A stretch of DNA of 64,000 nt from an uncultured bacterium (GTDB taxonomy: Bacteria; Muiribacteriota; Ozemobacteria; Ozemobacterales; Ozemobacteraceae): assembly GCA_946407375.1 (NCBI GenBank), contig CAMJNS010000004.1:3480-67479 (forward strand), written 5' to 3'. Below the pieces are notes generated by a model. That model had not been told where the DNA came from. It searched no databases and was given only the letters and a program-made list of their open reading frames with translations. Below are positions 25,888 to 35,294 of the stretch, in pieces. The translations under genes and the position numbers were made by a program. Numbering within the stretch: the first letter of the stretch is position 1; every line of letters begins with the position of its first letter.

Positions 25888-27197
25888 TGTATTTCAGTTT
25901 CCGCCGAATGATAAATCATAGGGTCAGAGCACGAAGATGGGTTTTATACTTGCTCTTAGGCCTTTTGATTATGGGGTTTGGCTTTACCATTTTTTCATTA
26001 GCAGTATTAATGCTAGCTCCAGCAACAGTAGAAACATTAAGATCCTTTCATCCATTAGCATTAGCCTTTACAGCTTTTACAGCCCTGCTAATAAGCAGTT
26101 TTTGGTTCTATAAAGGTTTTAAAATTGCATTCGAAATGATGGACAGCCGTGATGCTGGACTTTCTACAAAAATAAAAGAATTTGTTTTTCATCGTAATAA
26201 AAAAGATGACAGACCTTATTTGGTGGCTTTAGGTGGTGGAACAGGCTTAAGTTCGCTTTTAAAAGGCTTAAAAGAAGTAGATGTTCGTTTAACTGCTGTT
26301 GTCACTGTTACAGACGATGGTGGTTCATCTGGTCGTTTACGTAAAGACTTACAAATTCTTCCTCCTGGCGATATAAGAAACTGTATTGTAGCATTATCAA
26401 GATCGGAAAGTTTGCTTTCTAGACTTTTTCAATATAGGTTTTCTGAAGGTGGAGATATAGAAGGTCACAGTTTCGGGAACCTCTTTATAGCTGCTATGAC
26501 TGGTGTAATTGGCGATTTTAGTAGTGCCGTTCGAGAAGTAAGTAGTATTCTAGCTATAAAAGGTCACGTTGTGCCTGTTACAACCGAAAATGTCCAGCTT
26601 CATGCCGACTTTGAAGACGGAACAGAAATGGTTGGAGAAACAGCTATTTGTGATGTAAAAAAACGTATAAAAAAATTGTCTCTTATTCCAGCTGCTCCTG
26701 AAGCGAACCAAGAAGCCTTAAGTGCTATTGATGATGCTAATATGATTATTTTGGGACCGGGAAGTTTATATACAAGCGTAATACCAAATTTACTTGTTCC
26801 CGGAGTAGTTGAACACATAAATAAAAGTGAAGCTACAGTAGTATATATCTGTAATGTTATGACTCAACCAGGTGAAACAGATGGTTTCAATGCTTTAGAC
26901 CACGTAAAAACTATTCTTGATAAAACAGGATTAGAAAAATTAGATATAGTAGTAGTTAATTCTAGAAGAGCTGCTAAGAATTTAATGAGCAAATATGAGG
27001 CAAAGAATCAATACTGGGTTCCACCTACAGTAAAAAAGATTGAAGAATTAGGAATTAGAGTCGTTTCTTCTGATTTACTTTCTGAATCTGATATGCTACG
27101 TCATAATCCAAATACTTTAGCCAATATTATTGCTAATCTAGTTTATGAAAAGAAAAGCAATGATAGCGATATAAAAGAATTTAGTGACGAAGACTAA
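25887..27197 (+). CDS. yvcK: YvcK/CofD-like gluconeogenesis factor family protein with N-terminal membrane segment
   Basis: VALGGGTGLSSLLKGLK and TVTDDGGSSGRLRKD; the first ~80 aa contain 2-3 hydrophobic helices; TAATG coupling to hprK. Confidence 0.85.
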   Translation: MYFSFRRMINHRVRARRWVLYLLLGLLIMGFGFTIFSLAVLMLAPATVETLRSFHPLALAFTAFTALLISSFWFYKGFKIAFEMMDSRDAGLSTKIKEFVFHRNKKDDRPYLVALGGGTGLSSLLKGLKEVDVRLTAVVTVTDDGGSSGRLRKDLQILPPGDIRNCIVALSRSESLLSRLFQYRFSEGGDIEGHSFGNLFIAAMTGVIGDFSSAVREVSSILAIKGHVVPVTTENVQLHADFEDGTEMVGETAICDVKKRIKKLSLIPAAPEANQEALSAIDDANMIILGPGSLYTSVIPNLLVPGVVEHINKSEATVVYICNVMTQPGETDGFNALDHVKTILDKTGLEKLDIVVVNSRRAAKNLMSKYEAKNQYWVPPTVKKIEELGIRVVSSDLLSESDMLRHNPNTLANIIANLVYEKKSNDSDIKEFSDED

Positions 27198-27213
27198 TTT
27201 TTCCAGTTAGTTT

Positions 27214-28263
27214 TTATAAATATCGTAAAATTTCTTTTAATCGTTCTTTCCAAGTGGGTATTTCAAAGAAGCAATATTCTTTTTTATTTTCATTGAGATT
27301 ATTTAATGCTTTATTAGCCGAATCAGCATCTTTTATAAAAGTATTTATATATTTGTTAGAATAAAGAGCTTTTATATCTGGAGCCCATATCTCTAGTCCA
27401 GCAGCAGCATAATCATAAACTTTTATGGGGTCTACACCCTTTATTAATTCAATATCTTTAAATGCTAATAAACCTACTTTACATACTTTCATTAATTCAA
27501 AAAGTTGATATGTATCCAATTCTCCATGAAACTTAACATTTTTCATAGAGATTAATTGCTTAAAACCTGGTCCACGACCTTTACCTGCAATATGTAACTC
27601 TACATTATCCAAACCAGCTATCATTTTTAGCCAATCTATATCAACCCATTCATAATGAGCACCAGAAGATAATATTTTTATCTTTCCATCATTTGCTAGC
27701 GATTCTTGCTTTTTTTCTACCTGGAAGAATGTAGCGTTTGGAATTAAAAGGCATTTCTTTTGTGTTTCTTTGTAAAAATGTTCTTTTATATATAAATGAG
27801 ATAGAGTTATTAAATTAGCTTTTTCAGTTATTTTTTCTTCATATTGCTGCCATATTCTTTTTTTCTGATTTGGGAAAAAGCCATGCAAATCACAGCAATC
27901 ATATATTATTTTTTCCCAATTATACTCTGTAAGCTTTGCACAAGAAGGCTCCGCCAGCCATAAAATATATTTTGCAGGGTCTATATGCAGTTTTTTCTTT
28001 AATAATTTGAAAGCTAAACTAACTGCAAAATTTTGTATTATTGGGTATGAGACAGCTTTAAATGGTATTTTGATGTCTATAATTTTAATATTTTTTGCCA
28101 ATTCATTTGTTTTTTCAACAAATTGAAACCCATTTGAAATTATAGGATTTAAAAAGTAAACAAAATAACCATTTTTAGATAGCTCTATTGATAGTCCTTG
28201 ATGTCGCTGTTTTAATGCGTCAAATCTAACTGGTGAAACAAATAATATCTTTTTCATAATCAC
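27214..28263 (-). CDS. glycosyltransferase (GT1/GT4-like)
   Basis: 349 aa; MKKILFVSPVRFD... N-terminal Rossmann-like start; C-terminal HIAGKGRG..PIKVYDYAAAGLEIWA pattern. Confidence 0.5.
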   Translation of the reverse strand: MIMKKILFVSPVRFDALKQRHQGLSIELSKNGYFVYFLNPIISNGFQFVEKTNELAKNIKIIDIKIPFKAVSYPIIQNFAVSLAFKLLKKKLHIDPAKYILWLAEPSCAKLTEYNWEKIIYDCCDLHGFFPNQKKRIWQQYEEKITEKANLITLSHLYIKEHFYKETQKKCLLIPNATFFQVEKKQESLANDGKIKILSSGAHYEWVDIDWLKMIAGLDNVELHIAGKGRGPGFKQLISMKNVKFHGELDTYQLFELMKVCKVGLLAFKDIELIKGVDPIKVYDYAAAGLEIWAPDIKALYSNKYINTFIKDADSANKALNNLNENKKEYCFFEIPTWKERLKEILRYL

Positions 28264-28383
28264 TTTCTAACAATAACACCTAGCATAATCATCAACAAGT
28301 AATAAGTATTTTTTTTCTAAAACCTTTTTTTAAGAATTAATAGTTTAGATGTCGATAAATAATATAAGCATTAGGAGGCAACC

Positions 28384-28938
28384 ATGAATTATCAGAAAAA
28401 TAAAAATAAAAGCAAATCCAGAACACAAATTGGTTTATTCCTGTTTTTTTTAAGCGGTTTATTCTTATTGCAGATTGTTTTTTCTTTTACAATACACGGT
28501 GATATTGGACCACGTACAGATATTATTCCTGGAATAGAAAAACCTGCTTCTCCTGTTCTAATTGGAAAAATAGACAGTTTAATAGACAAAAATTATAAGG
28601 TTTCTAGAGTAGCTCCAGAAGGTGCTTTTGCTCCAGCTACAAGAAATCTAGCTTCAGAAAATTTACAAGTTTCTGCCCATATAGATACTCATACAGCAGA
28701 AAGTCTCGAAAAAGAAAAGAACACTTTACATAGCACTGATATAGATAGATTTGCAGAATATCGTATACAAAAAGGCGATACTTTACAGAAGATATCTCGC
28801 AAGCTTTACGGAAATAACAATATGATTCAACCTATTGTTAGACTTAACAGAATTACTGATGAACGAGCATTAAAACTTGGTTCAACACTTAAGGTTCCTC
28901 GCACAGGTCTTGTTGCCTCTATAAAAGTAGAAGATTAA
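28384..28938 (+). CDS. LysM domain-containing membrane-anchored protein
   Basis: N-terminal TM helix; C-terminal LysM YRIQKGDTLQKISRKLYGNNNMIQPIVRLNRI..LKLGSTLKVP. Confidence 0.8.
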   Translation: MNYQKNKNKSKSRTQIGLFLFFLSGLFLLQIVFSFTIHGDIGPRTDIIPGIEKPASPVLIGKIDSLIDKNYKVSRVAPEGAFAPATRNLASENLQVSAHIDTHTAESLEKEKNTLHSTDIDRFAEYRIQKGDTLQKISRKLYGNNNMIQPIVRLNRITDERALKLGSTLKVPRTGLVASIKVED

Positions 28939-28960
28939 TTTAAGCGAGGAAAATTCTTTT

Positions 28961-30640
28961 ATGTTATCACGATTTCTAAAGCCCCATAACATAGTATGTT
29001 TTCTTTGTTACATATTATTTATGTGGTTTGCCTTTAATTCAAAAATAGTTGACGCCTTAGTCCTTTATGTTTCTGAAAAAAATGGCAAACCTGTTTATGT
29101 TACAAAAAAGAAAGAATATGCAGCTATAACAGGGCAAGATAAAAATTCAAGACCCATTTTGGCTATAAGATATAAAACCAAAAGACAAAATGAAGAAACA
29201 AACGAAGAATTGAATGAACAATCTTCTTTGATGAGTGGCCTAGAAGATAATGATGGAAAAGATTTAGTTGATAACGAAGAAGAAAACACTGATATTCCTC
29301 AAGACACAGAAGAAGACTCTACCTCTCCTAATGCAAAAGAGTCTTCGGTTCCAGCCATTGTTCCTGAAGATGAAATAAAATTAGAAAGCAGTATTACCAA
29401 ACTTCCAATATCAGAAAATAAAGAAAAAGAAAAGGAAGAAAAAGAAGAAGAAAAAGTAGAAAAGGTTACTTCCAAAAACCCAATTGATGAAATAAAAGAA
29501 GTAAAAATTGCCAAGAAAAAGAATGACTCTCCATCTGATGACACTCCTGCATCAGCTAAAGCTTATATAGATGCTATTTATAAAATGAAATGGGAATATT
29601 CTGAAATAAGTGACAAATATATTGTCGAATATGACCCAGATACTCAAATCGTTTTAACAATTAGACCTGGTCTTCAAAGAATGTTGGAAAACATCCTTGC
29701 AAAATATAGTACAAGAATATCTGCTGCTATTATTGAAGACCCCTATACTGGAGAAATTTTGGCTATTGCTTCAAGTCATAAAAATAAAGTTTTAAACATT
29801 CAAGATGAAGCTTTTAAAACAAATAACTGGGCTTTTAAAGCAACTTTCCCAGTTGCGTCTATTTTTAAGATAATTACAGCTTCTGCCGGAATAGATACAG
29901 GGAAAATAACTTCAAATAGCAATTTCTTAGCTTATAAGAAATCTTATATGAAAGTTTGGAAAGCATTTGCAAGCTCTCACAATGGTGTTTTTGGCTCTGT
30001 AGCTAAAAAAGCAGGAAGAGAAACAGTAAAGAAATACGCTTCTGCTTTTGGTTTCAATAAAAATTTCTTCTTCGACCTTCCAGTTGGGAAATCTATTTGC
30101 AGCCTTTCTACCAATAATGTAAAAATGGGACAGGATGCTGCAGGCTTAAATAAAGATTTCCTTGTTAGTCCTATGCACGTTGCAAGTATTGTTTCAACAG
30201 TATTAAATCGTGGAAAAACTTTGAAACCTTATCTTGTTGATTATGTTGAAAGAAAAGGAAAAGTTGTATTTAAACGTCGCCCATTCCAACTTGCTCAGCC
30301 TATAAAAGAATCTACAGCAAGAGAAATATATAAAATGATGTATGCAACTACTGCTGTTGGAACAGGCAAAAAAGGTTTCGGCGGCTACAAAAAATGCCCG
30401 AATCTTTCAAAATATTGCGGTGGTAAAACAGGAACTTTAACAGGAGATTCACCTAATTATTTATATACTTGGTTTGGTGGATTTACAAAAGTTACAGGTC
30501 GTGATCTTTGCATTGTTACTTTATCAGGACAAAAAGATCATTCTGGAACAAAAGCTGCTTCTATCGCAGGTCAAATTGCTTATGAACTTTATATGAAGCG
30601 TCACGAAGCCGAAGAAGAAGAAGTAATAGCTTCAAAGTAA
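28961..30640 (+). CDS. penicillin-binding protein, transpeptidase domain (class B-like)
   Basis: SxxK (ASIFK), SxN (SSHNG), KTG (GGKTGTL); N-terminal anchor; acidic E/K-rich insert. Confidence 0.82.
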   Translation: MLSRFLKPHNIVCFLCYILFMWFAFNSKIVDALVLYVSEKNGKPVYVTKKKEYAAITGQDKNSRPILAIRYKTKRQNEETNEELNEQSSLMSGLEDNDGKDLVDNEEENTDIPQDTEEDSTSPNAKESSVPAIVPEDEIKLESSITKLPISENKEKEKEEKEEEKVEKVTSKNPIDEIKEVKIAKKKNDSPSDDTPASAKAYIDAIYKMKWEYSEISDKYIVEYDPDTQIVLTIRPGLQRMLENILAKYSTRISAAIIEDPYTGEILAIASSHKNKVLNIQDEAFKTNNWAFKATFPVASIFKIITASAGIDTGKITSNSNFLAYKKSYMKVWKAFASSHNGVFGSVAKKAGRETVKKYASAFGFNKNFFFDLPVGKSICSLSTNNVKMGQDAAGLNKDFLVSPMHVASIVSTVLNRGKTLKPYLVDYVERKGKVVFKRRPFQLAQPIKESTAREIYKMMYATTAVGTGKKGFGGYKKCPNLSKYCGGKTGTLTGDSPNYLYTWFGGFTKVTGRDLCIVTLSGQKDHSGTKAASIAGQIAYELYMKRHEAEEEEVIASK

Positions 30641-30645
30641 TATTT

Positions 30646-31368
30646 TTACAATAAACCCGTTGCTTTTAACAAAGCTTTTTCTTCTTCTTCTGTTACAGGT
30701 CGTAACTTACCGGATTGTAAATCACCTATTTTAATAGTTCCAAAAGCAACACGGTGTAAGTTAATTACTTTTCTTCCAAAATAATCAAACATTCGTCTTA
30801 CTTGACGTTTTCTGCCTTCTTTTATTATTACGGAATAGGTATTTGGAGCTCTATGTGGTTTAATAATACATGGAGCAGTAACACCGTCTTCAAGCATAAT
30901 ACCTGAAGAAAAGAGTTTTAGCTCTTCTTTAGTAAGCATTTCTCCCTGTATTTTTACAATATATTCCTTTGGAATTTTATAAGAAGGATGCAAAAGCCTG
31001 TTTGTCAGTTCTCCATAATCAGTTACAAGCAAAAGACCAGAAGAATCGTAATCTAAACGACCTACAGGATATAAACGTTTATCTTTAGGCAGATAATCAG
31101 CTAAACAACAACGACCTTTTTCATCTTTTAAGCTCGTAATAACTAATTTAGGCTTATTAAACAATAAAATAGTATATTCTTTTTTTGCCGGAGGTGTTAT
31201 TTTCTTTCCATCTAAAAAAATAGAAGGAAGATTATCTTCATCAACGATAAAGCCTTGCTCTTCCAACTTTACGCCGTCAATAGAAATACGGCCATCTTCT
31301 ATATATTTTTCAATACTTCGTCTTGAAGCAACTCCCCAAGAAGCTAAAAGCTTTTGAATTCTTACCAT
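30646..31368 (-). CDS. rluB: pseudouridine synthase, RsuA/RluB family
   Basis: S4 domain RIQKLLASWGVASRR; catalytic VGRLDYDSSGLLLVTD. Confidence 0.85.
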   Translation of the reverse strand: MVRIQKLLASWGVASRRSIEKYIEDGRISIDGVKLEEQGFIVDEDNLPSIFLDGKKITPPAKKEYTILLFNKPKLVITSLKDEKGRCCLADYLPKDKRLYPVGRLDYDSSGLLLVTDYGELTNRLLHPSYKIPKEYIVKIQGEMLTKEELKLFSSGIMLEDGVTAPCIIKPHRAPNTYSVIIKEGRKRQVRRMFDYFGRKVINLHRVAFGTIKIGDLQSGKLRPVTEEEEKALLKATGLL

Positions 31369-32114
31369 TTACATCTCAGGGTAAAAACCATATATCTACC
31401 AACTTTAGAATTTTCCTTGTAAGTGCCACGTTCAAAAAACGGTTGACCATTTATTCCGGTATCGTTATCAGAATAGGTTTCTCTTGTAAACATTTTACTT
31501 CTATCAAAGTTACTTTTTGAAGCAAATCTATCTGAGTCAAGATTTTCTAAATCAGCACCAATTCTACTAATTTTAGGAGACAAATTTTTAAAAATAAGCC
31601 CAGATTTAACAGTTTCACCTTTTACGAGAAAATCTTCACCAAAATCTGTTTCTATATGAGTTACATAAGCATCTTTATCATCTAATTCAAGTGGTTTCCA
31701 AGGCAAAACTCCAGGAGCACAAAGCTTTCCTAATACTCTGAAATGTCTAGGAGAATCATTTTGTTTTTTTGACAACTTAAGATAAACTGCTACATTAGTT
31801 CCGTCTCCTACGCTTTGAATAACCAAAGATTTTGGATACCAACCATCTGTTAGAGACATATTTAACATACTTTCTATTTCTCCTCGAGGAACAGAAAGAG
31901 TCAGATTCACTGCCGATGGATCTTTGTCGCTTTCAACAATAACATTTCCATAGAGTTTTTTAAGAAAACTTGCTGCAGAACACTTTATAGATTCTTCAGC
32001 AAAACCCTCTTCGATAAATTCTTCTTCTAAATCGCTGTCATCATCCTGTGCATAAACAGAGGGTGACAAAGCAATCAAGCAAGCAAGAATCAAGGAAAGC
32101 TTATACTTTTTCAT
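31362..32114 (-). CDS. secreted hypothetical protein
   Basis: 250 aa; signal peptide MKKYKLSLILACLIALSPSVYA. Confidence 0.5.
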   Translation of the reverse strand: MKKYKLSLILACLIALSPSVYAQDDDSDLEEEFIEEGFAEESIKCSAASFLKKLYGNVIVESDKDPSAVNLTLSVPRGEIESMLNMSLTDGWYPKSLVIQSVGDGTNVAVYLKLSKKQNDSPRHFRVLGKLCAPGVLPWKPLELDDKDAYVTHIETDFGEDFLVKGETVKSGLIFKNLSPKISRIGADLENLDSDRFASKSNFDRSKMFTRETYSDNDTGINGQPFFERGTYKENSKVGRYMVFTLRCKW

Positions 32115-32153
32115 AATAATCTCCTTATTATCGGCAGATAAACAAAGCAGTTT

Positions 32154-35100
32154 TTATGCTGCTGCAGGTAATTCTATAGAAACAAGCGTACTTGTGTTTG
32201 GTGTGCTCTTTATTGTTATTTTACCTTTAAGAGCGGTCAATAACTTCTGTGCAACAGCCAAACCAAGACCTAAAGAATTTTTACCAGCACTACCAAAAGG
32301 TTTAAACAAAGTCTTCTGTTTTTCAAGAGGAATACCAGCACCGTTGTCAAAAATAACAAGTTCAACAATATTAGTTGTTTTTGGTTTCAATCTTGTTACA
32401 ACTTTAATTTCTCCACCCTTAGCTCCAAGACCTATAAGAGAATTAATAAAAACATTTGAAACTATGGTTGAGAAAGCTTCCATATCAACCTTTATCGGAG
32501 GAAGGTTTTGAGGAAGATTTTTTGATAATTTAAGATTCTTGCCTATTTCTTTTACGCCAGACAACAATCTTGCTGTAACTACATGACTTTTTACATTGGC
32601 AAATATTTCTTTTTCAACAAGCTGATTAATTTGGTATTTTGCAACCTTAGGTGCAAATTCAGAAAATTGAGAAATAAGGTTTTTAACATTATGTTCCATT
32701 TTCTGACCCTGAGCTTGTATTATAGGTAATACTTTTGTAGCTTCGTCAGATTTTGCTGCATAAGCTTTTATTGCATTTAATGGAGCAGCAATATTGCTTT
32801 TAAGAATAGTATCACTAACTTTTATGTTGGAAGAATCGCTAGAAGTCTGAACTCCTGAAACTTTGGCAAGTATAGAATTAAATTCGTGTAATTCTTTAGT
32901 TAAAGCATCTACGTTCGCAATACTTGTTGCTGAACCTGCTGTCAAAAGTGCTGCTCGTTCTTCTTCTAATCTAGCTTTTTCAGCAGCTTCTTTAGCTTTC
33001 TGGGAAGCAGCCATAGTTTTTTCATTTGATTCTTCGGCCATCTTTGGCTTTTTGTTATCTTCATCATCTTCGCGGCCACCAGAGTCAACTGTGGTTCCAA
33101 CAACTTCACTAACAGTTGTTCTTCCTGTAATTAACTTATATAAAGCAGATTCACGCAAAGAAAGCATACCGTCTTTTATTGCTTGACGACGCATTTCTTC
33201 AGTGTTGGCATTTCTTTCTATAAGTTCTCTGAATTTAGGTGTGATTTCAAGAACTTCGTAAATTCCCTGACGACCTTTTAATCCAGTATTGTCACAGTCT
33301 GGGCAACCTTTACCCTTCTTGAAAGTCAGTGTATCTATTGAATATTGATCAGCCAATCTTAATCTTTCAAGAGTCTTTTGATTAATATTCAATGACTGTA
33401 AAAGGTCTGGCTCTGGTTTGTATTCTTCAGCACAGGATTTACAAACACGTTTGACAAGACGTTGTGCCTGAACAATACGTAAAGAAGAGGAAAGAGAGAA
33501 AGGTTCAATACCCATATTAAGCAAACGGGCAACTGTTGCTGGAGCATCGTTTGTGTGCAGTGTAGAAATAACCAAATGCCCTGTTAATGCTGCTTTAATA
33601 GCTATGCTTGCTGTTTCAAAGTCACGAATTTCTCCGAGCATGATTACGTCCGGGTCTTGTCTCAAGAAAGAACGCAAGGCTGCACCGAAATCCAAACCTA
33701 TATCAGCATGACACTGAACTTGGTTTATACCCATCAAGTTGTATTCAACAGGGTCTTCTGCGGTCATAATATTTTCAGTTGGTTTATTCAACAGGAACAA
33801 CGAAGAATAAAGTGTTGTAGTTTTTCCTGAACCCGTTGGACCAGTAACAAGAACAATTCCGTTAGGAGACTGAACACCAGCCATGAATTTATCTAAAACA
33901 AAAGGTTCGAAACCAAGGTCTTTAAGGTCAACCTTCAAGTTACCCTGGTCACATATTCTCATAACTATTTTTTCGCCCCAAACGCATGGAATACAAGAAA
34001 CACGAAGGTCTATCTTTCTGTTCTGCATAGACAGCTTAATACGACCGTCTTGAGGTCTTCTTGTTTCTGCAATATCAAGGTTTGACATAACTTTAATACG
34101 GCTGACCAAACCTGAATGAGCTGCTCTTGCAGGAGTCATGAAGAGTTTCATTGTACCATCTTGTCTGAATCTGATACGGAATTCACTTTCATAAATTTCT
34201 ATGTGAATATCAGAAACATTCAGGACTACAGCTTGAGTTAAAATCATATTAACAAGCTTAATAATAGGAGCGTCATTTTCGCTTAAATCTCCTAAGCCTT
34301 CGTCCTCTTCCTTCTTTTCTTCTCCACCAATTGAATTAGCTAATGTATCAACGTTTTCACCAAAAAGTTTATCTAACGAGGCAATAATAGAAAGTTCTGA
34401 ACTAACAACAACAGAAACTCTCATACCTGTAATCATTTCTATCTGATCTATGGTAATAATATCTGTCGGGTCTGTTGTTGCTAAAACTAGTTTTCCATTT
34501 TCTTTCTTTACTGGACAAACAATATGATCTTGACAGAATTTTTGAGTTAAAAGACTACCAACAACTGGGTCAACAAGGCTTTCATCCAAGTCGATAAAAG
34601 GAACATCATACTGTTTAGACAAAGCTATTGAAAGCTGTTTGTTAGTAACTATATTATTTTTAACTAAGTAAACTCCCAATCTTAGTTTTTGTTCCTTAGC
34701 CTTTTTTAAAGCTTCATCGATTTGTTCAGCTTTACAATAATTTGATTCTACAAGGATGTCACCAATTCTTTTTCTTTGTTGTCTTTTTTTATGAACCTTG
34801 GCACCTGTTAATTGGGCAATTTTAGCTTCTAATTTGTCTCCTAATACTTTAGCAGGCTTTATAGCCATAGATGGATGAAGACCAGTTAAAATACTAGAAT
34901 CAGCAGGAGCTGTTGTACCTACCATTAATTCAGCGCCATTTAATTTTATAGGAATAACTTTGCGACTTTTTATAAGATTTACATCTATTAATTTAAAAAT
35001 TTCATTAGTTATCTGTGTTTCATCTACTTTAATAAATGGAACCTTCAGAATTTCTGCTTCAATATTAGCTAATAACTCAGGAGTAACTTTTTCTAGTTTT

Positions 35101-35267
35101 GCTACTGCTTCAACAAAATCAAGAGCTGTTTCTGATTTGCCTTGAAGATTATTTAATTCTTCTTCAGTAGATACTCCTTCCTTAACAATTAAAAGCTTCA
35201 AAGTATTAATAGATTCTTCATCTATCGGAAAAGCAGGAAATGATTGTTTAAATGTCGCTTGATCCAT
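32154..35267 (-). CDS. GspE/PilB-type secretion ATPase fused to a C-terminal histidine-kinase-like ATPase (HATPase_c) module
   Basis: 1037 aa. Two N-terminal MshEN/GspE_N-like segments. Core motifs VTGPTGSGKTTTLYS, DPDVIMLGEIRD, ISTLHTNDA, CKSC..CPDC. Coiled linker, then IFDNGAGIP and SLGLGLAVAQKL. Confidence 0.85.
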   Translation of the reverse strand: MDQATFKQSFPAFPIDEESINTLKLLIVKEGVSTEEELNNLQGKSETALDFVEAVAKLEKVTPELLANIEAEILKVPFIKVDETQITNEIFKLIDVNLIKSRKVIPIKLNGAELMVGTTAPADSSILTGLHPSMAIKPAKVLGDKLEAKIAQLTGAKVHKKRQQRKRIGDILVESNYCKAEQIDEALKKAKEQKLRLGVYLVKNNIVTNKQLSIALSKQYDVPFIDLDESLVDPVVGSLLTQKFCQDHIVCPVKKENGKLVLATTDPTDIITIDQIEMITGMRVSVVVSSELSIIASLDKLFGENVDTLANSIGGEEKKEEDEGLGDLSENDAPIIKLVNMILTQAVVLNVSDIHIEIYESEFRIRFRQDGTMKLFMTPARAAHSGLVSRIKVMSNLDIAETRRPQDGRIKLSMQNRKIDLRVSCIPCVWGEKIVMRICDQGNLKVDLKDLGFEPFVLDKFMAGVQSPNGIVLVTGPTGSGKTTTLYSSLFLLNKPTENIMTAEDPVEYNLMGINQVQCHADIGLDFGAALRSFLRQDPDVIMLGEIRDFETASIAIKAALTGHLVISTLHTNDAPATVARLLNMGIEPFSLSSSLRIVQAQRLVKRVCKSCAEEYKPEPDLLQSLNINQKTLERLRLADQYSIDTLTFKKGKGCPDCDNTGLKGRQGIYEVLEITPKFRELIERNANTEEMRRQAIKDGMLSLRESALYKLITGRTTVSEVVGTTVDSGGREDDEDNKKPKMAEESNEKTMAASQKAKEAAEKARLEEERAALLTAGSATSIANVDALTKELHEFNSILAKVSGVQTSSDSSNIKVSDTILKSNIAAPLNAIKAYAAKSDEATKVLPIIQAQGQKMEHNVKNLISQFSEFAPKVAKYQINQLVEKEIFANVKSHVVTARLLSGVKEIGKNLKLSKNLPQNLPPIKVDMEAFSTIVSNVFINSLIGLGAKGGEIKVVTRLKPKTTNIVELVIFDNGAGIPLEKQKTLFKPFGSAGKNSLGLGLAVAQKLLTALKGKITIKSTPNTSTLVSIELPAAA

Positions 35268-35294
35268 ATTTTATAACTCTTCTGATACGATACT

